From: an uncultured Eubacteriales bacterium
GTDB lineage: Bacteria > Bacillota > Clostridia > TANB77 > CAG-508
Direction of reading: 5' to 3'
Assembly: GCA_963542845.1 (NCBI GenBank)
Contig: CAUTZA010000003.1
Location: forward strand, 14,746-78,745
Length of the DNA stretch: 64,000 bases
In this document: positions 37,448-48,573 of the stretch, piece by piece
Position numbering within the stretch: the first letter of the stretch is position 1
Layout of the letters: every line of letters starts with the position of its first letter
Position numbers and translations under genes: made by a program
The notes under the pieces: generated by a model
Seen by the model: only the letters and a program-made list of their open reading frames with translations
Told to the model about the DNA's origin: nothing
Databases searched by the model: none

Positions 37448-38410
37448 TCATAATATTTTCAATAATTCTTCTATTTTATCTTTTGAGTCTATTTCATTTA
37501 CTCTCACTCTAACTTCTTTTCCATTTTTAAGTCCTGATGTATACCAAATTATATGTTTTCTAATATCTTTTGTCGCCTTTTCTTTTCCATATAATTCTTC
37601 TAAAATATCATAATGTTTAAGTATTATTTCTTTTACATCTTCAAGATTTTCATTATCATCTATAATTTCATTTTTTTCTAAGCTTTCAACAATATTTCTT
37701 ACTTTATGGGGCTTTCCGAAGTGCACCTCTTGAAATCATAATTCCGTCTGCTCCTGTTTCTTCAAAAACTTCAAATGCTTTCTTTGAGTCTGTTATATCT
37801 CCATTTGCAATTACAGGAATTGTCACACTTTCTTTTACCTTTTTAATCATATCATATTTAGCAGTCCCAGAATAATATTGTTTCCTTGTTCTACCATGAA
37901 TTGTAATCATTTTTATTCCATGTTTTTCTGCAAGTTTAGCAATTTCTAAACACGTAATATTATCATCATCCCATCCGAAGTCTCATCTTCAATGTGACTG
38001 GAACTTTAGAACCTCTAACAACCGCAATTATAATGTCTTCTGCCTTTTTAATATCTTTTAATAGGTCACTTCCACCACCATTTTTAACAATTTTAGGTGC
38101 AGGGCATCCCATATTAATATCTAATATATCACACTTTTCACTTAATATTCTAGATGCTTTTTCCATATATTCTGGATCATCTCCAAAAAGCTGATATGCA
38201 ACAGGATACTCATTTTTATATTTTTCAAGCATCTTCATTGTTTTTTTATCCTCATAAACAACTGCTCTTGCATTTACCATTTCAGTCCATATAATTCCGT
38301 GCTCTACTTATTTCTTTTTGTATCTGTCTAAAAGCTTTATCAGATACACCAGCCATTGGGCCTATTATAATATTGTTTTCTATTTCTAAATTTCCAATCT
38401 TTAACTTCAT
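37448..38410 (-). CDS. dus: tRNA-dihydrouridine synthase (DusB-like); three +1 frameshifts (~37718, 37977, 38299)
   Basis: IIGPMAGVSDKAFR, DINMGCPAPKIVKNGGGSDLL, VTLKMRLGWDDD, ITIHGRTRKQYYSGTAKYD; four fragments joined by single-C deletions; start ATG overlaps ftsW stop (TAATG). Confidence 0.85.
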
Positions 38411-39564
38411 TATCCCTCTTTCTTAATCATTGTTGTAGTTCCTTCAAAATCTATAAATATGGCTTTTTTCCTTCTACCGCTTATAGAAAGTAATAATCCA
38501 ATTGCCATAAAATTTGTTATTAATGCTGAACCACCATAACTCACAAACGGAAGTGGTACCCCCGTTACTGGTAAAATTCCCATTGTCATTCCAATATTTT
38601 CAACCATGTGATAGAAAAATATTCCTGTAATTCCTATAGCTAGATACGTCCCTGAATTGTCCTTTGCCGTTTTTGCAATATTTATTCCTGATAATATTAG
38701 AATTATATATAGTATTATAACCATACCCGATACAACAAATCCGAAACTCTTCCGATATCAAAGAATAGATAAAGTCTGTTGTTTTCGGATGTAAATATCC
38801 GAAGCTGTGCTTGTGTTCCTTTAAACATCCCCATCCCAAATATTTGTCCTGATCCTATTGCAAGTTTTGATTGTATCACATTATAACCAATTCCTCTTGG
38901 ATCTAATTCAGGATTCATAAAAACCTTTATTCTCTGTATCGCATGAGGTGCATATACTGGTAATATATAATTATATATTAGGTATACTCCTAATATTCCG
39001 AAGTATAATTCCTAAAAATATATATCTTTTTCGTAATCCTGCAACATACAGTATTGCTACAAACGCAAAAATATATGCGAGTGCTGTACCATAATCTGGT
39101 TGTTTTATTATAAGTGCTATTGGTATCGCTGCAACTATAACTGCAAATACTAACTTATACAATTTATTTATCTCATCTTTTCCTTTGTACTGTAATCTAA
39201 CTATAACAGATACAATAAACATAAGTATAAATATTTTCCCCATTTCAGATGGTTGAAATGAAAGTTCTCCCAAATTATACCAACTACTTGCCCCTGATAT
39301 TGGTGTTGTAAAAAGTACACCAATTAAAAGAATTAAAAATATTAAGTAAAATATTCCTGAATATTTTAATATCTTATTATAATCTATAAACGTAAAAAAT
39401 ATCAAAAACGGTACTGATACAACAAACCATCTTACCTGTTTACTAAAATCCACAAGTCCCTTATTTATAGTTGCAGAATATAAAGCAAAAAGGCCTATTG
39501 CTAAAAGCAATAAGCTACATATTAAAACTTTCCATTCTAAATTTTTTAAAAATTGTTTACTCAT
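38410..39564 (-). CDS. ftsW: SEDS-family peptidoglycan glycosyltransferase FtsW/RodA; three +1 frameshifts (~38743, 38801, 39000)
   Basis: Polytopic membrane protein; NPELDPRGIGYNVIQSKLAIGSGQIFGMG..GTQAQLG..LPEK..TDFIYSLISEEFGFV; LPFVSYGGSALI; four fragments joined by single-C deletions. Confidence 0.8.
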
Positions 39565-40154
39565 TATTCTCCTTGGTTATCACTTTCTTCTTTTGTTTCA
39601 TTTTTTTCTTCTTCGATTTTTTCAAGTTTTGCTTCTTTTTCTTGTCTCTCTTTTTCTAATCTTTCTTTTTCTTCTTTTTCTTTTAAAAGCTTATTTCTTC
39701 TTTCTTCCTTGTTTCTTTCAAGTATTTCTCTTTTTTCTTGTTCTTCTATTTCCTTTTCAACATCACCAATTGCTTCTACCTTTTTTTCTGCAAGTTCTTC
39801 CACAATTTCTTCTGTTTTTTGAATATTTCCTGCTTTCATTTCACTCTTCACATTGATAATCGGTGCTTTTATAACAAATCCTGTTTCTGATCTTAACCCA
39901 TCATTTTTAATAGAATTTGTCATTTCTATCTCAACAGTTTTTTCATCAACAATTACATATTTTTGCATAACTTTAACAATATCCTGTTTCATTATTTCCA
40001 TAAAATCTGTAGAGATACTTGCTCTATCTTGCACCAATAATATATTAAGTCTTTCTTTTGCAAGATTTCTTGTTTTTTCTTTTTCTTCTTGTTGGTCATC
40101 ATTACCATTTAATCTTTTGTTTCTATTCCAGAATTCTCTTAATACTTCTAGCAT
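39564..40154 (-). CDS. minE: MinE-like topological specificity factor with long Glu/Lys-rich C-terminal extension
   Basis: N-terminal AKERLNILLVQDRASIS..IMKQDIVKVMQKYVIVDEKTVEIEM (MinE fold) followed by ~110 aa charged coiled-coil tail; directly downstream of minD. Confidence 0.6.
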   Translation of the reverse strand: MLEVLREFWNRNKRLNGNDDQQEEKEKTRNLAKERLNILLVQDRASISTDFMEIMKQDIVKVMQKYVIVDEKTVEIEMTNSIKNDGLRSETGFVIKAPIINVKSEMKAGNIQKTEEIVEELAEKKVEAIGDVEKEIEEQEKREILERNKEERRNKLLKEKEEKERLEKERQEKEAKLEKIEEEKNETKEESDNQGE

Positions 40155-40177
40155 AATATCTCCTTTCTACATAATTG

Positions 40178-40978
40178 TTATTTTTTTCTAAACCAAGAAA
40201 ATAATCCTCTTTTTGCTGTAGGTATTGTTATTTCTACATTTTCTCCTAATATTCTTCTAGAAATTTCAATATATGCCCTTCCTGAAGGTGACTTCTTATT
40301 TGTTACAACAGGTTCTCCCTTATTTGTATGCATTATTATATATTCATCATCTGGAACAACCCCAACAAGTTCTATTGATAATAAGTCTACTATATCATCA
40401 ACATCCATCATTTCACCTTTTCTTACCATTTCAGGTCTTAACCTATTTATTATAAGTTCTGGATTTTTTATTCCCGAAACTTCTACAAGCGCAATAATTC
40501 TATCTGCATCCCTTATAGCAGATATTTCTGCTGTTGTTACAACTATTGCCCTATTTGCTCCTGCTACTGCATTCTTAAAACCTTGTTCAATACCTGCAGG
40601 GCAGTCTATTAGAATATAATCAAATTCTTCTCTAAGCTTATTAGTTATTTCAATCATTTGTTCTTCTGTAACAGCACTCTTATCTCTTGTTTGTGCTGCT
40701 GGAAGTAGATAAAGATCTGTAAATCTCTTATCTTTTATAAGTGCTTGTCTAAGCTTACATTTTCCTTCCGCTACATCAACTAAATCATATACTATTCTAT
40801 TTTCTAATCCCATAACTACATCTAAGTTTCTAAGTCCAATATCTGTATCTACTAATACAACTTTTTTATCAGCTAGTGCTAATGCTGCACCTAAATTAGC
40901 TGTTGTTGTTGTCTTTCCAACTCCTCCTTTTCCTGATGTAATTACTATTACTTCTCCCATTTTATCCTCCATGGTCAT
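40178..40978 (-). CDS. minD: septum site-determining ATPase MinD
   Basis: VITSGKGGVGKTTTTANLG deviant Walker A; ParA/MinD family. Confidence 0.9.
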   Translation of the reverse strand: MTMEDKMGEVIVITSGKGGVGKTTTTANLGAALALADKKVVLVDTDIGLRNLDVVMGLENRIVYDLVDVAEGKCKLRQALIKDKRFTDLYLLPAAQTRDKSAVTEEQMIEITNKLREEFDYILIDCPAGIEQGFKNAVAGANRAIVVTTAEISAIRDADRIIALVEVSGIKNPELIINRLRPEMVRKGEMMDVDDIVDLLSIELVGVVPDDEYIIMHTNKGEPVVTNKKSPSGRAYIEISRRILGENVEITIPTAKRGLFSWFRKK

Positions 40979-41073
40979 TTAATTTCTTTTTTATTATACC
41001 ATATTTCTTGATATTGTAAAATACCCCTATAAAACATAATAAAAAACCTAGAGTATAATATACTCTAGGTTAA

Positions 41074-41289
41074 CTACTTAACTATTATATATTCAAAAAA
41101 TTCTATTTTTTTAAATATATTAAGTCTTTCTACTAAATCTGTTGGGTTTTTATAATATTCTTCTCTTTCACCAGGCTGTAATCTACCCCTTTTTATCAAT
41201 TTTTTTATTAATATTTTATGATTATATAACTTTTCTTCACCTGTTTTAAGATTTTTAACCTTAATGTTCATCTTCCACCTCCTAAACAT
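41074..41289 (-). CDS. hypothetical small basic protein (71 aa)
   Basis: ORF only. Confidence 0.2.
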   Translation of the reverse strand: MFRRWKMNIKVKNLKTGEEKLYNHKILIKKLIKRGRLQPGEREEYYKNPTDLVERLNIFKKIEFFEYIIVK

Positions 41290-41425
41290 TTAAATCTAAA
41301 TATTTATAATTTTTTCTCATAATTATATTATACCACACTTTTTAATATTCTCAAAATAAAAAGACCTAAGGATTTCTCCTTGGGTCTTATGACCAATATA
41401 TTTCTTCTTCCCTTTTAATTTCCTA

Positions 41426-41641
41426 CTATTTCTTGTACTTCACCTTATATTTTCTTCCGAAGCGCTTCTCTTCGGAATTAAGTATAAATACTAAATCTTC
41501 TGGGTATTCCATAAAATGTTGTTTTGAATGATTATTAATCGCCTTATTTTGAATAAGATTTTCAATAAACTCTTTAACTTCAAAACTCTCCTCTTTTCCT
41601 TTTTCTTGTTTAATAATATAGCATTCTTTTGCTTTTTTCAT
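41426..41641 (-). CDS. hypothetical small protein (71 aa) containing a perfect GC-containing hairpin
   Basis: ORF only; inverted repeat at 41455..41477. Confidence 0.2.
   Translation of the reverse strand: MKKAKECYIIKQEKGKEESFEVKEFIENLIQNKAINNHSKQHFMEYPEDLVFILNSEEKRFGRKYKVKYKK
41455..41477. repeat. perfect 8-bp inverted repeat ttccgaag-N7-cttcggaa
   Basis: Seen directly; unusual GC-containing palindrome in AT-rich DNA. Confidence 0.5.
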
Positions 41642-41802
41642 TTTTTCTCACCCTTAATTTTAGAATTTGTTGAATCAGATTAAATATATTGTTATTGTTG
41701 CACCTCCTTTAAATTTTAATTAAAACTCAAATCATCTTCAACATAATTATATTATAATCTATATTCTTACGTTTGTCAACATAATATAGTTACATTTTTT
41801 TA

Positions 41803-42174
41803 TTAGTTATTTTCTTCAATTATCTTTATTATTTTTTCTAATATTTCTTCTTTTCTTTTTTCATTACCATTTATATGATGATATCCAATAACTGCTTCAA
41901 GCGCCGTTGATTTTGCATATTCAGCTACACTTGTTCCTTTGGGTACATGGAAATTTTTAGTATTTCTTGCTCTTCTTGCTATAGTTTTTTCTTCTTCTGT
42001 TAATGTTTCTTCTAATCCTTCTAGTATTCTTGCTTGTTTTTTCGCATTTACAAGTTTTATACTTCTTAAATGTAATGTATGTGGTTTTGCATATGATTTT
42101 TCTATTAATCTTTCTCTTACTCTTAATTCATACACTGCATCTCCTATATATGCCCACACTAAAGGTGAATACAT
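41803..42174 (-). CDS. mrnC: Mini-ribonuclease III (MrnC/YazC family)
   Basis: VWAYIGDAVYELRVRE ... LTEEEKTIARRARN ... STALEAVIGY RNase III-like catalytic motif. Confidence 0.75.
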   Translation of the reverse strand: MYSPLVWAYIGDAVYELRVRERLIEKSYAKPHTLHLRSIKLVNAKKQARILEGLEETLTEEEKTIARRARNTKNFHVPKGTSVAEYAKSTALEAVIGYHHINGNEKRKEEILEKIIKIIEENN

Positions 42175-42233
42175 ATCCGCTTTAGTTAAATTATTATTAA
42201 TATTGTTTTTATCTTTCCCTTCTTCTATCTTTT

Positions 42234-43180
42234 CTATAATACTTCTCCTACTCTTTCTAATGTAATATTTCCAATCCTATTTTTTCTTAAATCTTGTATT
42301 ATTGTTTTAGATACTTTCTCTAAATCAACTTCATTTCCTCTTTTTACTATATTCTTACTTTCTCCTATAGCTATCATAAGATTATATGAAATATTTGGTC
42401 TTTCTTTTATTTTTTCATAATCTTCATTTGATATATTATATCTATCCATTATTAATTTTAAGTATTCTTCATGTTCTATAATATCTTTTAAAAATTCATA
42501 TGCAACATCTACCATATCAAATATATCATCTTTTATACTTCCGAACTGCTGCTAAATTATTACCTATTTTTGTATCTTCAAATTTAGGCCAAAGCATTCC
42601 TGGGCTGTCTATTATAGAAATCTTATCATTTACTCTCACCCATTTAAGTTTTTTAGTTACTCCTGCCTTATTCTTTGCTTCTAAACTATTCTTCCCTAAA
42701 AGCTTATTTATAATTGTACTTTTCCCAACATTCGGTATTCCCATTATCATTGTTTTTGTTGTATTAACACCTTTTTGAAGACTTTCTAAATATCTTTTCA
42801 ATTCATCAATACCTTTTCCAGTATCTCCTATAGTTTCTATAACCTTATAGTCATTTTTTTCAAAATATTCTTTCCATATTTTTGTTTCTTTATTATCTGC
42901 TAAGTCTATCTTATTTAATAATACAACCCTTTTTATGCTTGTCTTATTTTTTATCATTTCATTTAAATCTGGATTTCTAGATGCAATTGGTATTCTTGCA
43001 TCTAGCACTTCTACTACTACATTAATACTTCCGAAGTATTTCTTTTATTTCTCTTTTTGTCTTAAACATATGCCCTGGATACCAGTTAATATTACTTCTA
43101 GAAATCTTATCATTATTTTCATTTCTTATATTACACTTTAAATTACATTCTCTATTATTTTTTCTTTTTTTATTATACAT
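42234..43180 (-). CDS. rbgA: ribosome biogenesis GTPase A (YlqF/RbgA); two +1 frameshifts (~42543, 43033)
   Basis: NWYPGHMFKTKREIKE, circularly permuted GTPase LLNKIDLA ... GIPNVGKSTIINKL ... DSPGMLWP; fragments joined by single-C deletions; exact start uncertain. Confidence 0.8.
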
Positions 43181-43349
43181 ATCTTTCTCTCTTATCTTTT
43201 ATCTATTATATTATACCACAATTCTTACTTAAACACATCTAAATATATTATTATAGTATAATTATTATAGTTATATTAATAGTTATATTTCTATTATCTT
43301 AATATAATTAAAAGATGAGAAAACATTAATCTTCTCATCTGCTATTATT

Positions 43350-43808
43350 CTATCTAATCTTATACTGATTTCTATCGGCTCTTTCATCAAATTCTCTTTC
43401 ATATTTGTCTGTAGCATAAAACCAATCTGTCTTATTGTCCTTAGTACTCCCTTTTCTATTTTTGTTAAACATTACATCTAAGAAATTTAAAAGTGCTATT
43501 ATTATACCTAGTATCATTAACATTGCATTTAGTAATTGTGTGCTTGTTGTTATATTTCCATTCATTAATGCAATTCCATATGTGAAGAATGCAAAATACG
43601 TTCCCAAATATATACTTGCAAATATTAGATTTCTTCTAAAAATCATAAATATTGATATTAGAGTTATAAATATAACTGCTATTTCCATTTCTATTCCAGG
43701 AGTTGTAAAAGGTATTTCTGATCCTCCAGATATCATTAATGCTACATAAACTCTAAAAAGCCAAAACATTATAGCAAACATATTTACCATATAACTTATT
43801 AGTTCCAT
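43350..43808 (-). CDS. hypothetical membrane protein (152 aa)
   Basis: Four TM helices. Confidence 0.3.
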   Translation of the reverse strand: MELISYMVNMFAIMFWLFRVYVALMISGGSEIPFTTPGIEMEIAVIFITLISIFMIFRRNLIFASIYLGTYFAFFTYGIALMNGNITTSTQLLNAMLMILGIIIALLNFLDVMFNKNRKGSTKDNKTDWFYATDKYEREFDERADRNQYKIR

Positions 43809-43834
43809 TTTCCCCTCTTTTCTTTTTTCTTTTG

Positions 43835-46585
43835 TTAATTAATTTGTTTTTCTGTATTTGTTGTTTTCTTCTTTTCTTTTGATACTTCTTCTAATTGATC
43901 TACAAGGTTTATAAGTTTTTGCATATCTTTACCTGTATATTCAAAATCTCCTTGTTTAATAACATCTTTTAATGTCTTATTTTGTTTGATTATAGCATCT
44001 TTAAGTTCATCTTCATTTGCCAAATCTCTTACATCAATATCTATCGCATTTTCTGTAAGCATTTTTTGCATAGCTTCTTTTAAGGTATTTCCTATACCTA
44101 CTTTCCCTTTATTTGCTACTATTACTTTCTTAAGAACTGGTACTGCATCTTCATTTAAAAATACTTGATATATTGTTTTTATATATAGTGTTGTATTTTC
44201 ATATGGAAGTAATATTCTAACTGTTTTTAATTCTGTTCCAAGAGTTGTAAGTTCCCTTAATTCTTTTTGTACTTTTGTATCTTTTTCAATTTGTGAATCA
44301 ATAAAGCTTAAACTAAATTCTGATTTTTCATTATATCTATACATAGTAAGCTTATTAACACCGTTTTCTACATGACCAACTAAATATGACACAATATTTT
44401 TTCTCTTTTCTGGAGTATATGTTGCTATAATTGCTGGTTTTAATTCACTTTCTTCTTTTAAAACAGTATACATAGATGTTGAACTTCTTGCTCCTGATCC
44501 TGAAACTTCTGTAACTTCCCATCTATCATCTGCTCTATATATATTATCTACATCTGAGTTATGATATGTTGTAAGTACTTTAGCTTGAATATCAAATAGG
44601 TATTGTGGATATTTCATTTGTTTCTTAATTGTTTCTGATAGTTCACTATAGTTTTTAAGTAGTGTTGGATATGTTTTCATTATTGTTGATATAAATGGAT
44701 CTGTAGTGTCTGTTGCAAAAAATTCCACATTTCCGTTATATGCATCTACTACTACTTTCACTGAGTTTCTTATAAAGTTTATTCTTTCTTTTCCACCTTT
44801 ATCTGCTTCTATAGAAACTTTTTGCGAATATGGATATCTACTTGTAACTGTGTACCCATCAATAACCCATGCAAGTCCACCATCTTCTTTTACTACTAAA
44901 TATGGTTCTTTATCATATCTAATATTAGGTAATATTTTTCTTGCTCTTTCAACTATTTGTCTATTTAATAATATTTTTGTATTTTCTGTTATATTATTAT
45001 TAAATAATAACTCTGTACTTCCTTTTGTAAGTGCTACTGCTATTCTCTCAATTAAGCTTAATTTTATTCCACCTTTTCCATCATAATTATTTTCTTTATT
45101 TGTTAATGTACTTAATGGGTAATCATACTCTTTAATATCCTTCGCATTTACAATTGCATTTGAATTTGTTGTTTCTCCATAATATAATCTTGGTTCTTTT
45201 ACTTTGATTCCATTTAGTTCTTGCCCTTCAAATTTTTCAGAAGTATTTAAAAGGTATCCGTTTTCTTTTACCTTACTTGATGATGTAAGTATACCAAAGT
45301 TTCCATGTGTATATTTATATATTTTGTTTGTTGTTGTTTTGTCCTTAGTATCTATTTCTCTTGTTGTTAAATACTCATAACCGTCCCCATTTTTCACTAA
45401 ATTTGGTGTTCCATATTTATATAGCGATTTTTTTTCTTTGTTATCAGTATTATTTTCTAATGTTTCTTTTACTACATCTGGTGTTATAATAGGTAGTTTT
45501 TCAATAGATTCTGCATCTTTTTTTATCTTGTCTGCTGTTATATCTACCGATTTTGTTATTTCCTTATTTTCTATATTTACATTGTATGCATCTTCTGTTG
45601 CTCTTATATTTGCTAAAATATATTCTTTTTCTCTATCAATATCATTTCCTCTTAAAAAAATTGTATCTATAGCTATATTTGCCACAAATATTATTATAAG
45701 TGTTGCAGGTACTAATATTATAGAAAATAATATTTTATTAGATTCTTCCTTTTTTATACCTTTTATAAAATTATATACTGCTATTATTATAACCAAACTT
45801 ATAATCCTATATGCCCATAATTTTATATTAACATCTAAGAATCCTGCTCCTGTTAAGTATGCCCCTTTTACTGACTCTCTTTGAAGCATGTCTCCTATTA
45901 ATATATCTTGATGTGATAAAAAATTGTATGTAATAACTACAACTGTTCCTGCTATTATTACATTAATCAATTGTTTAACCATTTTAAGGCTTTTAAATCC
46001 TTTAAACTCTATTCCATCTAAATGGCTATTAATAACAATTATATAGTACCCTACTATATATAATGAAAGTACTGCTAAAAATACTATAATCATTTTTAAT
46101 ATTGTTTGTATAACAGGTATTGCCATTATAAAATAGCTATAATCCATATGAAATATTGCATCTTTTTTACCAAAGAATCCCATGTTTATAAGGCTAAGTA
46201 TTTGTCCTGATAAATAATATTGTGCAGCAATTCCAAGTGCTATAGCTACGATTATTGCCACACTATTATTTGGAAGTTTTGGAAGTTCTTTTGATTCTGC
46301 ACTAAAATGTTCTTTTAGCCCTTTTCTTATTCCAATATTTGTAAGCATTATTATTATATATGTACTTATCGCTGTAAAGCTAAAAACACCTACTCTTTCA
46401 ATAAAGTTTGTGTTAAATATTTTTAAATATTCTTCACCTATTTCTTTAAATTGAACAGTCTCCGATATATAGTAAACACTTGTTACTATACCCAAAAGTA
46501 ATATTACTAATATAGTTAAAATTGTTGATAATATTCTTTTTTTATTCATTTTTCCCCCTTCTTTAAGGCTATTCAAAAATTGCAT
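43835..46585 (-). CDS. UPF0182-family large polytopic membrane protein (916 aa)
   Basis: N-terminal ~7 TM helices followed by large extracytoplasmic domain; size and architecture typical of UPF0182; intact. Confidence 0.5.
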   Translation of the reverse strand: MQFLNSLKEGGKMNKKRILSTILTILVILLLGIVTSVYYISETVQFKEIGEEYLKIFNTNFIERVGVFSFTAISTYIIIMLTNIGIRKGLKEHFSAESKELPKLPNNSVAIIVAIALGIAAQYYLSGQILSLINMGFFGKKDAIFHMDYSYFIMAIPVIQTILKMIIVFLAVLSLYIVGYYIIVINSHLDGIEFKGFKSLKMVKQLINVIIAGTVVVITYNFLSHQDILIGDMLQRESVKGAYLTGAGFLDVNIKLWAYRIISLVIIIAVYNFIKGIKKEESNKILFSIILVPATLIIIFVANIAIDTIFLRGNDIDREKEYILANIRATEDAYNVNIENKEITKSVDITADKIKKDAESIEKLPIITPDVVKETLENNTDNKEKKSLYKYGTPNLVKNGDGYEYLTTREIDTKDKTTTNKIYKYTHGNFGILTSSSKVKENGYLLNTSEKFEGQELNGIKVKEPRLYYGETTNSNAIVNAKDIKEYDYPLSTLTNKENNYDGKGGIKLSLIERIAVALTKGSTELLFNNNITENTKILLNRQIVERARKILPNIRYDKEPYLVVKEDGGLAWVIDGYTVTSRYPYSQKVSIEADKGGKERINFIRNSVKVVVDAYNGNVEFFATDTTDPFISTIMKTYPTLLKNYSELSETIKKQMKYPQYLFDIQAKVLTTYHNSDVDNIYRADDRWEVTEVSGSGARSSTSMYTVLKEESELKPAIIATYTPEKRKNIVSYLVGHVENGVNKLTMYRYNEKSEFSLSFIDSQIEKDTKVQKELRELTTLGTELKTVRILLPYENTTLYIKTIYQVFLNEDAVPVLKKVIVANKGKVGIGNTLKEAMQKMLTENAIDIDVRDLANEDELKDAIIKQNKTLKDVIKQGDFEYTGKDMQKLINLVDQLEEVSKEKKKTTNTEKQIN

Positions 46586-47471
46586 CTACAAATTCTCTTG
46601 CATTAAATTTTTGAAGATCTGTTATCTTTTCCCCTGTTCCTATATATTTTATAGGCAGTTTTGTTCTATTTACTATTCCTATTATTACTCCACCTTTTGA
46701 TGTTCCATCAAGCTTTGTAAGCACATATCCATCAATATCTGTAACTTCTGAAAACGCTTTAGCTTGTTCAATTGCATTTTGTCCTGTTGTTCCATCAAGT
46801 ACAAGTAATGTTTCTTTTGTATAATTTTCTTTTAAAAGTTTATCTACCGACTTGTTTATTTTTTTCAACTCTTCCATCAAATTCTTTTTGTTGTGTAGTC
46901 TACCAGCCGTATCTATTATTATTATATCATAATTTCTTCCATTTGCATATTCCAAGCTTGAATATACTACTGATGATGGATCTGCATTTTCTCTTATTTC
47001 TGTTATATCAACACCAGCTCTTTCAGCCCACATTTTAATTTGTTCTCCTGCAGCTGCTCTAAATGTATCTGCTGGTACTAATAATACTTTTTTACCTTCA
47101 TCTACATATCCTTTTGCCATTTTTCCAATAGTAGTTGTTTTACCTGCTCCATTTACTCCAATAACCAATATACATTTTTTTACATTTTCTTCCTTCTTTT
47201 CAATATCAATCATCTCTACAATTATATTTTTTAGTTCTTCTTTTACTTTATCTGGATCTTCTATGCTTTTTTTCTTAATATTTTCTCTTAATATCGATAT
47301 TATAATGCTTACTGTATCCATTCCAAGATCTGCCATTATAAGGATTTCCTCTAAACTTTCCAAAAGTTCTTCATCAACTTTTTTAAATCCAGAAAACACC
47401 TCATTAATCTTATTTCCTATATTCTCTTTTGTTTTTACTAATTTTTCTCTTATTTTATCAAAAAATCCCAT
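46569..47471 (-). CDS. ftsY: signal recognition particle receptor FtsY
   Basis: GVNGAGKTTTIGKMA, DTAGR, TKLDGTSKGG SRP-GTPase motifs. Confidence 0.9.
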   Translation of the reverse strand: MGFFDKIREKLVKTKENIGNKINEVFSGFKKVDEELLESLEEILIMADLGMDTVSIIISILRENIKKKSIEDPDKVKEELKNIIVEMIDIEKKEENVKKCILVIGVNGAGKTTTIGKMAKGYVDEGKKVLLVPADTFRAAAGEQIKMWAERAGVDITEIRENADPSSVVYSSLEYANGRNYDIIIIDTAGRLHNKKNLMEELKKINKSVDKLLKENYTKETLLVLDGTTGQNAIEQAKAFSEVTDIDGYVLTKLDGTSKGGVIIGIVNRTKLPIKYIGTGEKITDLQKFNAREFVDAIFE

Positions 47472-47698
47472 TTATTCTCCATTTCTATTAAATAATTTAT
47501 TAAAATTTATATATATTTTAACATATTTTAACCTAAAAATCTCTATAATAGCAAATATATTTGTATAAGAAAAAGACCATATAACTTCATTATAGAATTA
47601 TATAGTCTTTATATTATCATTAAATATACTCTTGCGATTCGAAATTATACTCGGCTCAATGTATAAAAATTTCCTAACCAAGCTTGTAACCTCATTTT

Positions 47699-48436
47699 CT
47701 AAAGTTTAAATTCATTACTCATATATTCTGAATAGAGATAAGCTATATTATACACAAAATTTTCATAATCATAACTAACAACCGGTAGAAACAAACTTGT
47801 TTCATTACCCGATTGAATATACAAGCATAAACTTTCATCCTCCTTCATATATACCGAAACTTTATTAGGCTGAAGAAATATAATTTCGTTTGCATTTATA
47901 TTCTTAATAATAATTGCATTTATCCTTATCTTTCTGTTATATATTCTTTCCATAAACATATACCCTTCTATTTGAGGCATCATTTCAGAAGTCCTTGCTA
48001 GTATCCTATCATTAATAATTACTGCTTCTATTCGGTAATCTTTTCTATTCATTCTAAGTATATCTTGATATTTATTATATTCTGCAATTCTTAATTTAAT
48101 ACTATTTTTACTAAATTCAAAAAGTTTACTTAGCTCTTTAATAGTTTGTCCATCAAAGTAATGGACATTATTCTTGTAGTCTATAATTAGTGCAATATTA
48201 TTTTGTACAAACAAATTTTTGATATATACTTTCTTTTCATTTTCTATGAGGACACAAACTTTATATCCTCCAGATAAAATTTCTCTAACTACATGTACAA
48301 ATTTCTCTGACCTCATATTTTTATATATTTTTATCACTTTCCCTCTGTTTGAAAGAATGAGATAATCTTTTAAAGCAGTACTCTTTTTTAGTTTTTTTAA
48401 CACATTTTTACTTTTATTCCTATTCATATTTATCAT
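47699..48436 (-). CDS. hypothetical cytoplasmic protein (245 aa), paralog of next gene
   Basis: Similar length and C-terminal pattern (LFLPVVSYDYENF.YNIAYLYSEYM vs LLFPIMVSGNYQEELENFSNIGYYLYHMYM). Confidence 0.35.
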   Translation of the reverse strand: MINMNRNKSKNVLKKLKKSTALKDYLILSNRGKVIKIYKNMRSEKFVHVVREILSGGYKVCVLIENEKKVYIKNLFVQNNIALIIDYKNNVHYFDGQTIKELSKLFEFSKNSIKLRIAEYNKYQDILRMNRKDYRIEAVIINDRILARTSEMMPQIEGYMFMERIYNRKIRINAIIIKNINANEIIFLQPNKVSVYMKEDESLCLYIQSGNETSLFLPVVSYDYENFVYNIAYLYSEYMSNEFKL

Positions 48437-48573
48437 CTCCTAATCTTTAATTTTAAATATTAGTTATTTTTTAACTGCTTAATAGCTTTTATATTATATA
48501 TTATACCATTTTTAAAATTTTATTCTATATATAAATTCTTACGCATAAGAAAAAGAGCTTAAAGCTCCATTTC

